DNA from: an uncultured Nitrososphaeria archaeon
GTDB taxonomy: Archaea; Thermoproteota; Nitrososphaeria_A; Caldarchaeales; Wolframiiraptoraceae
Length of the DNA stretch: 64,000 nucleotides
Direction: 5' to 3'
Assembly: GCA_964440495.1 (NCBI GenBank)
Contig: CAYTSD010000001.1
Location: 3,104 to 67,103, forward strand
This document shows, in pieces, positions 38,491 through 47,939 of this stretch. A program made the translations under genes and the position numbers. Numbering within the stretch: position 1 is the stretch's first letter; every line of letters starts with the position of its first letter. The notes beneath the pieces were generated by a model, which worked only from the letters and a program-made list of their open reading frames with translations, was not told the DNA's origin and searched no databases.

Positions 38491-39344
38491 ACAATGTATG
38501 CGACGGTGAGCGCCGCCGCCAATGCTGTGAGGAGAGGTATCGGGAGCCCAGGTAGAAGCCTCCTCTTCCTGAGTAGGGCGAGTACTAGGGTGTAGCCTAT
38601 GAAGAGCATTATCGTCGCAGCTATCGCTGAAGCCGCTCCAAGGTTCCAGAGTATCGCTGAGAGGGTGAGCGAGTAGAAGAATAGGTCTCCAAGCCCCAGC
38701 ATCACGTCTCCGACCTCGACCGCCAGCCCACGAAGCTGGGGAGCATCCTCCCTGCTGAGAGTTGAGAGATGTCCCCGGAAGACCGCGACCACATCGTAGA
38801 CCGAGATCCCCGCAACAAGTATCAGGAAAGTCCAGTAAGGTATGCTTATCCCTATCACTCCCCCAGAGCCTGAAGCTATGAACGCCGCGGCCGAGGCGGC
38901 TCCAAGCCCCCCACCCCTAACCAGGAGGAAGGTTACAATGGTTGCGACCCCGATTCCTATGGGAAGCCAGAGCGCGGCGATGAGAGGCTGAGTGACCACC
39001 GCGGCCGTGACCAGATAGAGAACCGTTATGCTGAGGGAGACAAGCCATATCATCACCGTTATCAAGGCCTTAAAGAGCCCAGGCCTCCTCCTGGCCAAGT
39101 ATATCAGAACCACGCCGGCCACAGCGATTATTGAGATGAAGATCAGGGTGTTTAGGTAGGGTGCCGGGGAGGCCAGGGCCTCGGCTGGAGGCGTCGACGG
39201 CTTAGGCTCCTCTATAGGGGTCACCACAGGCCTCTCAGGATGGATGTCGGAGGCTCCTAGAAGGTAGGTGAAGACCCATGTTAAGGCTAGGGCCAAGGAG
39301 ACTGGATAATAGTTGCTGAGGACGCTGAGCCTAACCTTCCTCAA
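38487..39344 (-). CDS. Presenilin-family (GxGD, A22) intramembrane aspartyl protease
   Basis: ISVYDVVAV, LGLGDLFFYS, LPGLPI; about 9 TMs. Start probably TTG 39344 (track 39464 overlaps trm112). Confidence 0.88.
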   Translation of the reverse strand: MRKVRLSVLSNYYPVSLALALTWVFTYLLGASDIHPERPVVTPIEEPKPSTPPAEALASPAPYLNTLIFISIIAVAGVVLIYLARRRPGLFKALITVMIWLVSLSITVLYLVTAAVVTQPLIAALWLPIGIGVATIVTFLLVRGGGLGAASAAAFIASGSGGVIGISIPYWTFLILVAGISVYDVVAVFRGHLSTLSREDAPQLRGLAVEVGDVMLGLGDLFFYSLTLSAILWNLGAASAIAATIMLFIGYTLVLALLRKRRLLPGLPIPLLTALAAALTVAYIV

Positions 39345-39427
39345 TTCCTTGGAGGAAGCCGGGTTGCTCCTCGCCTTAAAGATGACTTTAAGACCGACCA
39401 CGTCTCTGAGAATCGCTTGAGGATGCC

Positions 39428-39817
39428 TTGAAGTATCGGCTGATGGATCTGCTTGCCTGCCCAATATGTAAGGCCTTCCCCTTAGAGCTCTATGTCTTCA
39501 ACCTCCGAGAGGTCAATCCGCCTGAGAGGGTTAAGCCCTGCGAGCTCTACTGCGCCTACCACGGCTCGATGCTAAAAGAGCTAGGAGAGGAGCCTCGATG
39601 CAGAGAGTGTTATGGCAAGGAGATAGTTGACGGCCTCCTACTCTGCCCAAACTGTGGGAGATGGTATCCGATAGAGGAGGAGATTCCGAGGCTTCTACCC
39701 GACGAGCTCAGGGAGAGAAACCAGGACCTCAAGTTCCTCTCAAGATGGAGGGCCAAGGCTCCGCGGAGGGTCCTAGAGAGCGGGAAACCCTTCAACCTCA
39801 GGGAGTCTAATCCCTAG
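39428..39817 (+). CDS. Trm112-family methyltransferase activator
   Basis: LMDLLACPICK..PL.L...EIVDGLLLCPNCGRWYPIEEEIPRLLP. Confidence 0.9.
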   Translation: MKYRLMDLLACPICKAFPLELYVFNLREVNPPERVKPCELYCAYHGSMLKELGEEPRCRECYGKEIVDGLLLCPNCGRWYPIEEEIPRLLPDELRERNQDLKFLSRWRAKAPRRVLESGKPFNLRESNP

Positions 39818-39882
39818 AAGAGGAGAAGGTTTTTTAAGGGTGAATACCGCTACCCCATTTGCGTATAAGGGGTGAAACATGA

Positions 39883-40191
39883 ATGAGCGTTGGTCCATCT
39901 GGTGAGGCCGTTATTCTCGTGGGGAGAAAGCCTACAATGAACTATGTGCTGGCCACCACCTTACCCTTAACAGAGGGTAAGAAGGTGGTTTTAAAGGCTC
40001 GTGGGAGAGCTATCAGCAAGGCGGTCGACGTGGTCGAGGTCGTCCGGAGAAGGTTTGTCAAGGACGCGAAGATCGAGAACGTGAATATTGGAACCGAGGA
40101 GGGCAGAGTAGGTAACGACGGTAGGCCGAGGAACGTCAGCACAATCGAGATAACGCTTGCCCCACCTTCAGGTGGAGGCAAGAAGAAGTAG
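39883..40191 (+). CDS. albA: DNA/RNA-binding protein Alba
   Basis: VGRKPTMNYVLA, LKARGRAISKAVDVVE, NVSTIEITL. Confidence 0.95.
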   Translation: MSVGPSGEAVILVGRKPTMNYVLATTLPLTEGKKVVLKARGRAISKAVDVVEVVRRRFVKDAKIENVNIGTEEGRVGNDGRPRNVSTIEITLAPPSGGGKKK

Positions 40192-40272
40192 ACGGCTAAC
40201 CCCCCTCCCTCTTCTTATTTCTACCTCCAGCTACGGGTAGGTGTTTATATTGCTCACACTCACCTGTTAGGC

Positions 40273-41139
40273 TTGGGAACCTTGTTTAGAGAGGTTGACG
40301 AGGAGTTTGTTAGGGGGGCTTTTAAGCCTAGGAGGGCGGGCTCCCATAAAGGTGAGAACGGCTCAGTCCTCGTGGTCGGCGGAAGCTGGCTCTACCACGG
40401 CGCACCATTCCTCTCAGCCATGGCAGCCCTCCGAAGCGGGGTAGACCTCGCCTATATAGCGGCTCCAGAGAAGATAGCCACGGCAATCCGAGCCCTCTCA
40501 CCCAACCTAATAGTCCTCCCGCTCACAGACCTCAAACTAACCCCTGGAGCAGTCCGAAGGATAAAGAAGATACTTCCAAGGGTTGACGTGCTCGTGGTAG
40601 GCCCCGGCCTTGCCTCTGGAAGCGAGCCTGGGATAGAGACCGTGATTAGGGAGGCTGAGGATAAGGCCCTAGTCTTAGATGCGACGGCGCTCTATCCCGA
40701 GGTTGTCCCAGCGGTCTCGGGTAGGAAGGCGGTTCTCACACCCCATGCAGGGGAGTTCCAGAGGGTTTTCGGGGCCAAGGTTCCCGAAGGGCTTGAGGAG
40801 AGGGTGGAACTGGTTAAGGAGTATGCCCGTAAAGCAGGGGTTACAATCCTCCTGAAGGGTAGGCTGGACATAATCTCCGACGGCGTCGACGCAGCCGTCA
40901 ACAGGACTGGAACCCCTGCAATGACGGTTGGAGGGACAGGCGACGTGCTTACAGGCGTCGTGGCAGCGCTCCTAGCCAAGGGAGCCGACCCCTTTAGAGC
41001 GGCGGCCGCAGCTGCGTGGATAAATGGTCGGGCTGGTGAGAGGGCTGCCTCAAGGCTCGGCCTCCATATCCTCGCAACCGACGTAATAGACTCCCTTCCA
41101 GAGGTTATGCGGAGATTCGATGAGGTCGCAGAGGACTAG
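40273..41139 (+). CDS. nnrD: ADP-dependent NAD(P)H-hydrate dehydratase
   Basis: SHKGENGSVLVVGGS..YHGAP, GPGL, TPHAGEF, GGTGDVLTG. Confidence 0.92.
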   Translation: MGTLFREVDEEFVRGAFKPRRAGSHKGENGSVLVVGGSWLYHGAPFLSAMAALRSGVDLAYIAAPEKIATAIRALSPNLIVLPLTDLKLTPGAVRRIKKILPRVDVLVVGPGLASGSEPGIETVIREAEDKALVLDATALYPEVVPAVSGRKAVLTPHAGEFQRVFGAKVPEGLEERVELVKEYARKAGVTILLKGRLDIISDGVDAAVNRTGTPAMTVGGTGDVLTGVVAALLAKGADPFRAAAAAAWINGRAGERAASRLGLHILATDVIDSLPEVMRRFDEVAED

Positions 41140-41181
41140 GGAGAAAGCGTGAAGCTAATACTTTAAGCCCTCTAAAGCTTC

Positions 41182-41919
41182 TTGGGTCACGCGATGTTGA
41201 CGTCTAGCCTGCTCGACTTTTCAAGGATAGGCGTTATCTCTGCAACCATGCTCTATGCCTCCTACAGGGACTGGGTTGACCGTGAGGTTGATGACTGGGT
41301 TTGGCTGGTTGGAGGAGGGGTTGGAGCCGCCCTAACCGCCCTAGACCTCATCCTTTACTGGAATATGGCCAAGCTCATCTTCTCCCTAATCTCGATAGCC
41401 CTCACATCAGGCTTAGCCTTCGCCTTCTACTTCTTCGGACTCTACGGAGGCGCAGACGCGAAAGCCGTGGCAGTTATCTCCATCTCCCTCCCACTCTACT
41501 ATGTTGAGAGAAGCTTCCACCCCTTCACAGGACTCGCATCCCTCTCAAACGGGCTACTAGTCTCACTAATCCTCCCAATCTCCATGCTGGTCTACAACCT
41601 AACCCAGGTCATGAAGGGTAGAGAGCTCTTTAAAGACTTTGAGCATGAGGGGGCCTGGAGGAAGCTTCTAGCACTATTCCTCGGGACGAGGGTTGTAAAC
41701 TCCCGTGGAAAGGAGTTCTGGTTCTCGATGGAGGAGGAGAGAGAGGGAAAACGATACTTCAGCTTCAACGTTCTCTCAGTCGAGCTTGAGAAGATTAGAG
41801 ACGACATGTGGGCGACCCCTGGAATCCCTCTCCTAATCTTCATAACGGTAGGCTTCCTACTCTACATAACCTACGGCGACCTAATCTACCTAATCGTCTC
41901 CCTCCTTCATCTAAGGTAA
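41182..41919 (+). CDS. Prepilin/prearchaellin peptidase (A24 family, PibD/FlaK-like)
   Basis: ASYRDWVDREV, YGGADAK, WATPGIPLLIFI. Start may be ATG 41194. Confidence 0.85.
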   Translation: MGHAMLTSSLLDFSRIGVISATMLYASYRDWVDREVDDWVWLVGGGVGAALTALDLILYWNMAKLIFSLISIALTSGLAFAFYFFGLYGGADAKAVAVISISLPLYYVERSFHPFTGLASLSNGLLVSLILPISMLVYNLTQVMKGRELFKDFEHEGAWRKLLALFLGTRVVNSRGKEFWFSMEEEREGKRYFSFNVLSVELEKIRDDMWATPGIPLLIFITVGFLLYITYGDLIYLIVSLLHLR

Positions 41920-42004
41920 CTCCATCATAGTCTCCAAGTATCTCTCGGGAGAACCTCCCGAAAACTATGCCAGCTAAACTTTATGGAGATAGATTACAGC
42001 CTAG

Positions 42005-42805
42005 TTGATGGGGATGAGGATACAGAGGCTTAGGACGGGGGTCAAGGGGATAGATGACATAATAGAGGGAGGGATACCTGAGGGATTCTTCGTCGCGGTA
42101 ACAGGTGAACCAGGATGCGGGAAAACAATCTTCTCAATACACTTCATCAACCAGGGAATCATAGATGGAGACAAATCCATATACGTTACAACGGAGGAGA
42201 GCAAGGAGTCGATAATACGTCAGGCGGCTCAATTCAACATGGACTTCGAGAAGGCTATCGATGAGAAGAAGCTAATCCTAATAGACGCCCTCATGGGTAG
42301 GGCTGACAAATGGTCTCTGCAAAGCCTCGACATGGAGGCTCTCGTGAACAAGGTTGTTGAAGCCAAGAGGGAGCTTGGATACGGGAGGGCGAGGGTTGCG
42401 ATAGATTCAATCTCAGCCTTCTGGCTCGATAAACCCGCCATGGCCCGCCGATACTCCTACTATGTCAAGAAGGTTCTCTCAAAATGGAACTTCACAACAC
42501 TTGCTGTAAGCCAATACGCTATAACGACCTCGGAGGCCTTCGGATGGGGGATAGAGCATATCGCCGACGGAATACTCAGGTTTAGGAGGGTGCTGAGGGG
42601 AGGGGAGCTGAAACGCTACATAATAGTTGAGAAGATGCGTCAAACAAATCACAGCCGCTACCTCCATGAAATCGACATAAGGCCGGGGGTGGGTCTCGTC
42701 GTAGTAGGCCCTGTTAGGAGAAGGGTTGAGGACTTCACTCTCCCCTCAGAGGTTACTAGAAAGATTCTCGAAGCCAAGCGAAAGACTGGAGAGGAGCTGC
42801 CTTGA
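42005..42805 (+). CDS. Single-domain KaiC-like (RAD55-type) ATPase
   Basis: TGVKGIDDIIEGGIP, GEPGCGKT, TTEE, IDS, IEHIADG, VEKMRQTNH. Confidence 0.9.
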   Translation: MMGMRIQRLRTGVKGIDDIIEGGIPEGFFVAVTGEPGCGKTIFSIHFINQGIIDGDKSIYVTTEESKESIIRQAAQFNMDFEKAIDEKKLILIDALMGRADKWSLQSLDMEALVNKVVEAKRELGYGRARVAIDSISAFWLDKPAMARRYSYYVKKVLSKWNFTTLAVSQYAITTSEAFGWGIEHIADGILRFRRVLRGGELKRYIIVEKMRQTNHSRYLHEIDIRPGVGLVVVGPVRRRVEDFTLPSEVTRKILEAKRKTGEELP

Positions 42806-43671
42806 ACCTCGTCCAGAAACATTACAGTAGAATCGACGTAAAGGAGGAGATAGCTGAATACTGTAAAGGGAGATGGGTTGCCATCCACTGCGAGCTAAAG
42901 GATGAGAAGGGCGTTCCAATCATGCTTAGATACAGTCCATCCACCCGCCTTCCCCTAACAATAGACTCTCCAACCGACATAGACAAACTACTCAGAGAAC
43001 TGAGAAGATTTCGTCCACGTTCATTCTACGCAACGGCACACACTTATAGAAATCTAAGAATCAGGGAAGACACACTCGACCGAGCGAACATAACCTCCTC
43101 CATGCCTACATGGGACATAGACTCAAAGGATGGAGACTGGAGAAAAGTCATAGAAAAAGCACGTGAAATAGTAGGCATCCTAGAAGACTACAGTCTTTCA
43201 AAATCTGTTTTCATAAAGTGGAGTGGGAGGGGAGCACACATCCACATAAATCCTGAAGCATTCTCAGAGGAGGTTAGAGGGAAGATCGACCCACTCGACA
43301 TGGCCTATTCTGTTACACAGTTCGTAATCAATAGGTTGTCGCCTGTGGAGGGGGTTGTCGTGGAGAATAAGATAGACCTTCAAAGAGTCTTTACGGCTCC
43401 GCTGAGCCTCCATAGATTCCTAGACAGGGTTGCGGTCTGCCTTACACCCGAAGAGCTGGACAGCTTCGAGATAGAGTGGACCTCTCCTGGAGATTTCAGG
43501 CATAATCCAAGGGCATGGAGACGGTATATGCGGGGAGAGGGTGATGAGCTTGCTGAGAAAGCCTTCTTCGCGGTAGGCCCCTATATCTCTGGGAGGAGGC
43601 GGCGTAGAGTTCATAAGCCTCTCGACCAGCAGATAAATGAAACTTTTAAGAGGCTGGGCGAAGTTCCATAG
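42802..43671 (+). CDS. Archaeo-eukaryotic primase (AEP)-superfamily protein
   Basis: Motif I TWDIDS, motif II KWSGRGAHIHI, motif III KIDLQRVFTAPLSLH; 4-bp overlap with the KaiC-like gene. Confidence 0.7.
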   Translation: MNLVQKHYSRIDVKEEIAEYCKGRWVAIHCELKDEKGVPIMLRYSPSTRLPLTIDSPTDIDKLLRELRRFRPRSFYATAHTYRNLRIREDTLDRANITSSMPTWDIDSKDGDWRKVIEKAREIVGILEDYSLSKSVFIKWSGRGAHIHINPEAFSEEVRGKIDPLDMAYSVTQFVINRLSPVEGVVVENKIDLQRVFTAPLSLHRFLDRVAVCLTPEELDSFEIEWTSPGDFRHNPRAWRRYMRGEGDELAEKAFFAVGPYISGRRRRRVHKPLDQQINETFKRLGEVP

Positions 43672-43682
43672 CTTCCAGATGA

Positions 43683-44594
43683 GTGAGGATGCAGTTTTTC
43701 CTCCCACTAATACTTGCAGCCACATTAACTCTCCTATTTAGCTGGAACAATGGCTCCCTATATCTAGGCGGTTTAACGGCTTCAGGAATCACCGTGTATA
43801 GAAAGGCAGCCTTCCTAATCTCTATCGCGATGGTTCTCGGAGTTTTAGCTGAGGGATGGAAGATGAATCCAGGGAAACTCGCGGCTGGAAACTATTTCCC
43901 CGCGCTCGTAACGGCCCTAACAATATTCTTGGTCTCAAATGTTCTGAACGTTCCTACAAGTCTCTCAAACGTGGTTGTTGCATCTCTTGTAGGCTCCTCC
44001 CTCACTTTGAACCATGGTCTCAGCATCCTCTTCCTAGTGAAGGTTATTCTAGCATGGATTCTATCACCCTTCGCAGCCATGTTCCTATACCACCTAATCT
44101 ACACTCTCTCAAAATCAATTCTATCGAGGGTTGGACTTCTCACAATAGATTTGGTGAACCGTTTATCCGCCTATCTTGTCTCCTTCTATTCAGCATACTC
44201 TCTCGCGGCAAATAATGTTGGCTTCCTACTCAACATGACTGGAGAAGCGGGAGTTTATTCGACCCTGATAATCTCTGCGGCGGCTTTTTCAGGAGTTTTC
44301 TTCCTTACACGTAGGTCGGCTTTTGTTATGGGTGAGAGACTCGTGGTTCTAAGTCCTCAGAGATTCTTCACAAGCCTGCTATCAGCCTCGATAATCCTCT
44401 GGATACTAACCCAGCTCGGCATCCCAGGCTCCTTCACTCAGACATTTCTGGGAGGTATGGTGGGCGCAGTCGCCTCGTCTCCGCTGGCTATGATAAACTC
44501 TAGACTTGTGAAGAGATTCGTCATAGCATGGGTTGCCACGACGCTGGCAAGCGTTCCAGCTGGATACGGCCTTACACTGCTCCTAGGCGTTTAA
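43683..44594 (+). CDS. PiT-family (inorganic phosphate/anion) transporter
   Basis: Duplicated halves with NN-type signatures (WNNGS, ANNVG), PTSLS, GIPGSFTQ. Confidence 0.75.
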   Translation: MRMQFFLPLILAATLTLLFSWNNGSLYLGGLTASGITVYRKAAFLISIAMVLGVLAEGWKMNPGKLAAGNYFPALVTALTIFLVSNVLNVPTSLSNVVVASLVGSSLTLNHGLSILFLVKVILAWILSPFAAMFLYHLIYTLSKSILSRVGLLTIDLVNRLSAYLVSFYSAYSLAANNVGFLLNMTGEAGVYSTLIISAAAFSGVFFLTRRSAFVMGERLVVLSPQRFFTSLLSASIILWILTQLGIPGSFTQTFLGGMVGAVASSPLAMINSRLVKRFVIAWVATTLASVPAGYGLTLLLGV

Positions 44595-45834
44595 GCTCCT
44601 CTTCAAGTCCCCTGACACCAGACTCTTCAAAGACTCCTGCAAGATAGCCTGACGCGGCGGCTGCATGGAAGGCTTCAACCTCACCTGCAAGGAATACGAG
44701 CGTGGAGGCGATGAGGGCTTGCTTCCCTTTCTCGCTGAGCGGCCTATTCACCCAGCTAACCTTACATCCCCTTCCATCGGAAACGAGGTCGAGTTCTCCG
44801 AAAACGTAGAGGGTTTCCCCAGCCTCCTCCGCAGCCTTCTTCATCCACTTACATGTGTCATAGACCTTCTCCTCGAATCGGATTCCCAGCTCTTCAGCAT
44901 CGCTTGAATCAAGCAGGGATAATGATGCATTCTTAGATAATCCTCTCGAAACAGTTGCAGCGGCATCCACGGAATCCCTAGAAGCTTTACCTATGTAAAC
45001 TACTCCTCCACCGATTTCCCCTATATCCGAAGAGTATTCCGCTCCAAATATCTCAAGAATCTCGGAAAGCGTTCCAACATCCTCTAGAAGGACTATCTTC
45101 CTCAATGGTTTGGAGAGGTTTTTCAAGGCTCTCCTAGCGTCGCCTGGCCCCATAAGCATCTCTGCCTCAGGAGGTATCCCTATGGGCGCAACTATGACTT
45201 CTCCACAGTAATCTCTCGCAGCCGGGATCCCTATCTTAGGTCTATGGAAGGTTACTGTAACGTTTGCTTCAACCGCTATGTCGTGGACATCTCCAGTATC
45301 TGGGTCTACTCCTGAGGGGATGTCGACCGCCACTCTAACCCCGCGCGCCGAGTTTATCATGGTTATCGCGGTTCTCCAAGGCTCTCTAACGCTTCCCCTA
45401 ATACCTGTCCCGAAGATTGCGTCGACTATGGCCTCGGCTTCCTCAACCTCTCCACGAAGTCTCTCAAGCTCTCCAACATCCCTAACATTCACCAATTTTA
45501 TTGTCTCACGCATCCTCTTCACGGTGTTTAGATTTCTTCTAGCATGCTCTGTTCTAATCTTCTCCGGGCTACCTATCAGGATCACCGTGACTTCTGCGCC
45601 CATCGAGGCCATATGCCGTGCAGCCACCATCCCGTCTCCTCCGTTGTTTCCCGTTCCACAGAAGACTACTACCTTTCTGCCTGCGAGTCCTCCTAGCCAT
45701 TCGTAGACCGCTCTTGCGACCGATGCTCCAGCATTCTCCATTAGGCTGCTTCTAGGGACGCCTAGCCACTCAGCGTTCTCGTCGACGACCCTCATCTCAT
45801 CGGAGGATATTCCTCCCCAGCTCTCTATACTCAT
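44572..45834 (-). CDS. nnrE: NAD(P)H-hydrate epimerase (YjeF_N) with degenerate C-terminal domain
   Basis: LMENAG, CGTGNNGGDG, VDAIFGTG, VAVDIPSG, TVTFH. Confidence 0.9.
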   Translation of the reverse strand: MSIESWGGISSDEMRVVDENAEWLGVPRSSLMENAGASVARAVYEWLGGLAGRKVVVFCGTGNNGGDGMVAARHMASMGAEVTVILIGSPEKIRTEHARRNLNTVKRMRETIKLVNVRDVGELERLRGEVEEAEAIVDAIFGTGIRGSVREPWRTAITMINSARGVRVAVDIPSGVDPDTGDVHDIAVEANVTVTFHRPKIGIPAARDYCGEVIVAPIGIPPEAEMLMGPGDARRALKNLSKPLRKIVLLEDVGTLSEILEIFGAEYSSDIGEIGGGVVYIGKASRDSVDAAATVSRGLSKNASLSLLDSSDAEELGIRFEEKVYDTCKWMKKAAEEAGETLYVFGELDLVSDGRGCKVSWVNRPLSEKGKQALIASTLVFLAGEVEAFHAAAASGYLAGVFEESGVRGLEEELKRLGAV

Positions 45835-45871
45835 GTCAAAGATAGAATTGTTTAGGGGATTGTTTAAACAT

Positions 45872-46501
45872 TTACAGGACTCCGAGATACTGGATTACCT
45901 TGTCGCATGCCTCTTCCACCAAGTTTTTGGGGACACCCTTTACCCCGCATCCAACTATCAGCGCCCTCTTAGTGGAGGAGGTAATCTTTGTGCGATAGGA
46001 GTCCCTGTGGGGGAATATGTGGACAACGCCAAGGCCGTCGACCAGGACTATCTCGTTTGAGGAGAGCTTAGACCTCTTCCCCCTAATATCCATGAATTCC
46101 TCACCTTCATGAGCGAATCTAAGGGTTAATGTTCCTGAGATTTTGTCTAGGTCGTAGATTCCTATGGGGATGAGTGTCTCCGCTGAGGCGAGGTTGCCTG
46201 CGTCGACGAGGTTGTTTATCGCAGGTATCCCTGAGCCTGAGAGTATCCTCCTAGCCAACGCCTCACCCGCAGGCCTCTGCTTCGTCGGGTCTATCCCTAT
46301 CCTCCAGTAGAAGTCTCGGAACGCTCTCGCAACAGGCTCATCCTTCAAAGTCTCAAGCCTGTAAGGCATCCTCTCCCTAAGCTTCTCCAACTCCTCGGCG
46401 AGGTTCCTCGAAGCCCTGACCTCGACCTCTATCTCCCTCGTCGAGAGATAAATCTCTGGAAACCTCTTCAATAAACTCTCATCTATCACTATCGTCGTCA
46501 A
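45872..46501 (-). CDS. Stand-alone B3/4-domain (PheRS-beta editing-like) protein
   Basis: FYWRIGIDPTKQRPAGEALARR, INNLVDAGN, IGIYDLD. Confidence 0.88.
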   Translation of the reverse strand: MTTIVIDESLLKRFPEIYLSTREIEVEVRASRNLAEELEKLRERMPYRLETLKDEPVARAFRDFYWRIGIDPTKQRPAGEALARRILSGSGIPAINNLVDAGNLASAETLIPIGIYDLDKISGTLTLRFAHEGEEFMDIRGKRSKLSSNEIVLVDGLGVVHIFPHRDSYRTKITSSTKRALIVGCGVKGVPKNLVEEACDKVIQYLGVL

Positions 46502-46522
46502 GGCCTTTCACGTCTTCTGGTT

Positions 46523-47206
46523 CTAGTAGGTTGGTGGAGGCGGAGGCGGATATTGAGGTGCTCCCTGATACTGTGGAGGCTGATACGCCTCCTCTGAAGG
46601 TATCGAGAAGAAGGCTATCGCCGAGAATATCGATGCAAGGATTCCGAATATCACAGCTATGAGTAGAGGCCACAACGCCGTCATCAGCATTCCGAAGATG
46701 TTTGGACCCGGAGCCCCATACGCAGGCGCGCTGAGTAGTCCCGGAGCTATGGCGAACACAGCTATCGTCGCTATTACCGCGATGATTACCGCAATTATCC
46801 TCATCCATGCGCCCCACTTGAACCACTTTATGTAGAAGATTCCAGCGGCTCTGAAATGTGAGACGAGTTCAAGTATGAACGTTATCAGAGCTATTATAGC
46901 TATCACCGCGACAACGGCTATAATGAGACCTGCGAATGCGAAGAGACCTGTTAACGCTCTCGGCGGCGGGGCTGCCGCTCCTCCCAGAATCCCCGGCATA
47001 CTCATTGGAACTAGTAGAGCGAGAGCTCCTGAAACAATCATGCTTAGTATCAGTAGGATTCCGGTTGCCTTGAATATTCCCTGCCTTGTGTCGCTGCCCA
47101 TCATTATCCACGCTATGGCCGCCAAGATCGCTCCAATAAAGTTCGCATAAGGTATGAGCATGAGGATGTAGCCTATTCCTCCAAGCCACTTATACGTTCT
47201 GCCCAT
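46523..47206 (-). CDS. DUF996/DUF973-like membrane protein with Pro-rich tail
   Basis: LGGIGYIL, multiple TMs, IAFFSIP, then YQPPQYQGAPQYPPPPPPTY. Confidence 0.6.
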   Translation of the reverse strand: MGRTYKWLGGIGYILMLIPYANFIGAILAAIAWIMMGSDTRQGIFKATGILLILSMIVSGALALLVPMSMPGILGGAAAPPPRALTGLFAFAGLIIAVVAVIAIIALITFILELVSHFRAAGIFYIKWFKWGAWMRIIAVIIAVIATIAVFAIAPGLLSAPAYGAPGPNIFGMLMTALWPLLIAVIFGILASIFSAIAFFSIPSEEAYQPPQYQGAPQYPPPPPPTY

Positions 47207-47254
47207 ATCATTTTTTCAGAACCTACTCAGATATAAGGTTTGGATGACTCTCGT

Positions 47255-47908
47255 CTATTTCTTATCCTTTTTCACAAAACTGTTTATCATCCCCTCTAAA
47301 GCTCCTCTGAAACCCCTCTTCTCAGCTAATCTTACAACATCCTCCCAATCTATCTTAAGAAGTATTATTGTTATTAATATCATGGCTATGAGGGCTGCCG
47401 CCACAGCTATCGGGTCTCCGCCCTCACCTAGAAATAGTTTCGCTATGTTGAAGTAGGCTTTCCCACCGTAGGCAACTATCCATGAGAGCACAATCTTTCC
47501 AAGGGCATTCGCTATCATGAATTTCGTTAAACTAAATTTCGTTAACCCTATTGGAACATAGATTACATCGTCTGGAAGTGGTGTCAGGGCGAAGAGGAAG
47601 ATGGCCAGCATACCATATTTCCCTACAAGTCTTCCAAGCACGCTCATCTTCTCTCTATCTCTCTCCGGTAGAAGTTTTCTCCCAACTCTTCCAAGCACGT
47701 AGGAGGTTATCTTACCAACTGCTCCGCCGACTCCGGCAGCGACTCCGAGTAAGAGTGGGTCGAGGCGGTCTGCCATGAGGACTACGGGTATCAGGTAGGG
47801 GACTGGCAAGAAGGGGACGATGCTTCCGAGAACGGAGATTAGGAAGGCTCCGAGATAGCCATAGGCTTGAAGAGCGTTGAAGAGGTTTTGGTAGAAGTTG
47901 TCAGACAT
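47255..47908 (-). CDS. DedA/VTT (SNARE-associated) membrane protein
   Basis: GYLGAFLISVLGS..PFLPVP, SYVLGR, FALTPLPDD. Confidence 0.88.
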   Translation of the reverse strand: MSDNFYQNLFNALQAYGYLGAFLISVLGSIVPFLPVPYLIPVVLMADRLDPLLLGVAAGVGGAVGKITSYVLGRVGRKLLPERDREKMSVLGRLVGKYGMLAIFLFALTPLPDDVIYVPIGLTKFSLTKFMIANALGKIVLSWIVAYGGKAYFNIAKLFLGEGGDPIAVAAALIAMILITIILLKIDWEDVVRLAEKRGFRGALEGMINSFVKKDKK

Positions 47909-47939
47909 TCCAAGCAGCCCCCTAACTACTAGGATTAAG

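Noticed and set aside
844..40191. HDAC-family protein acting on Alba as a chromatin system
   Set aside because: The genes are 38 kb apart with no evidence of linkage; the characterised Alba deacetylase is Sir2-type
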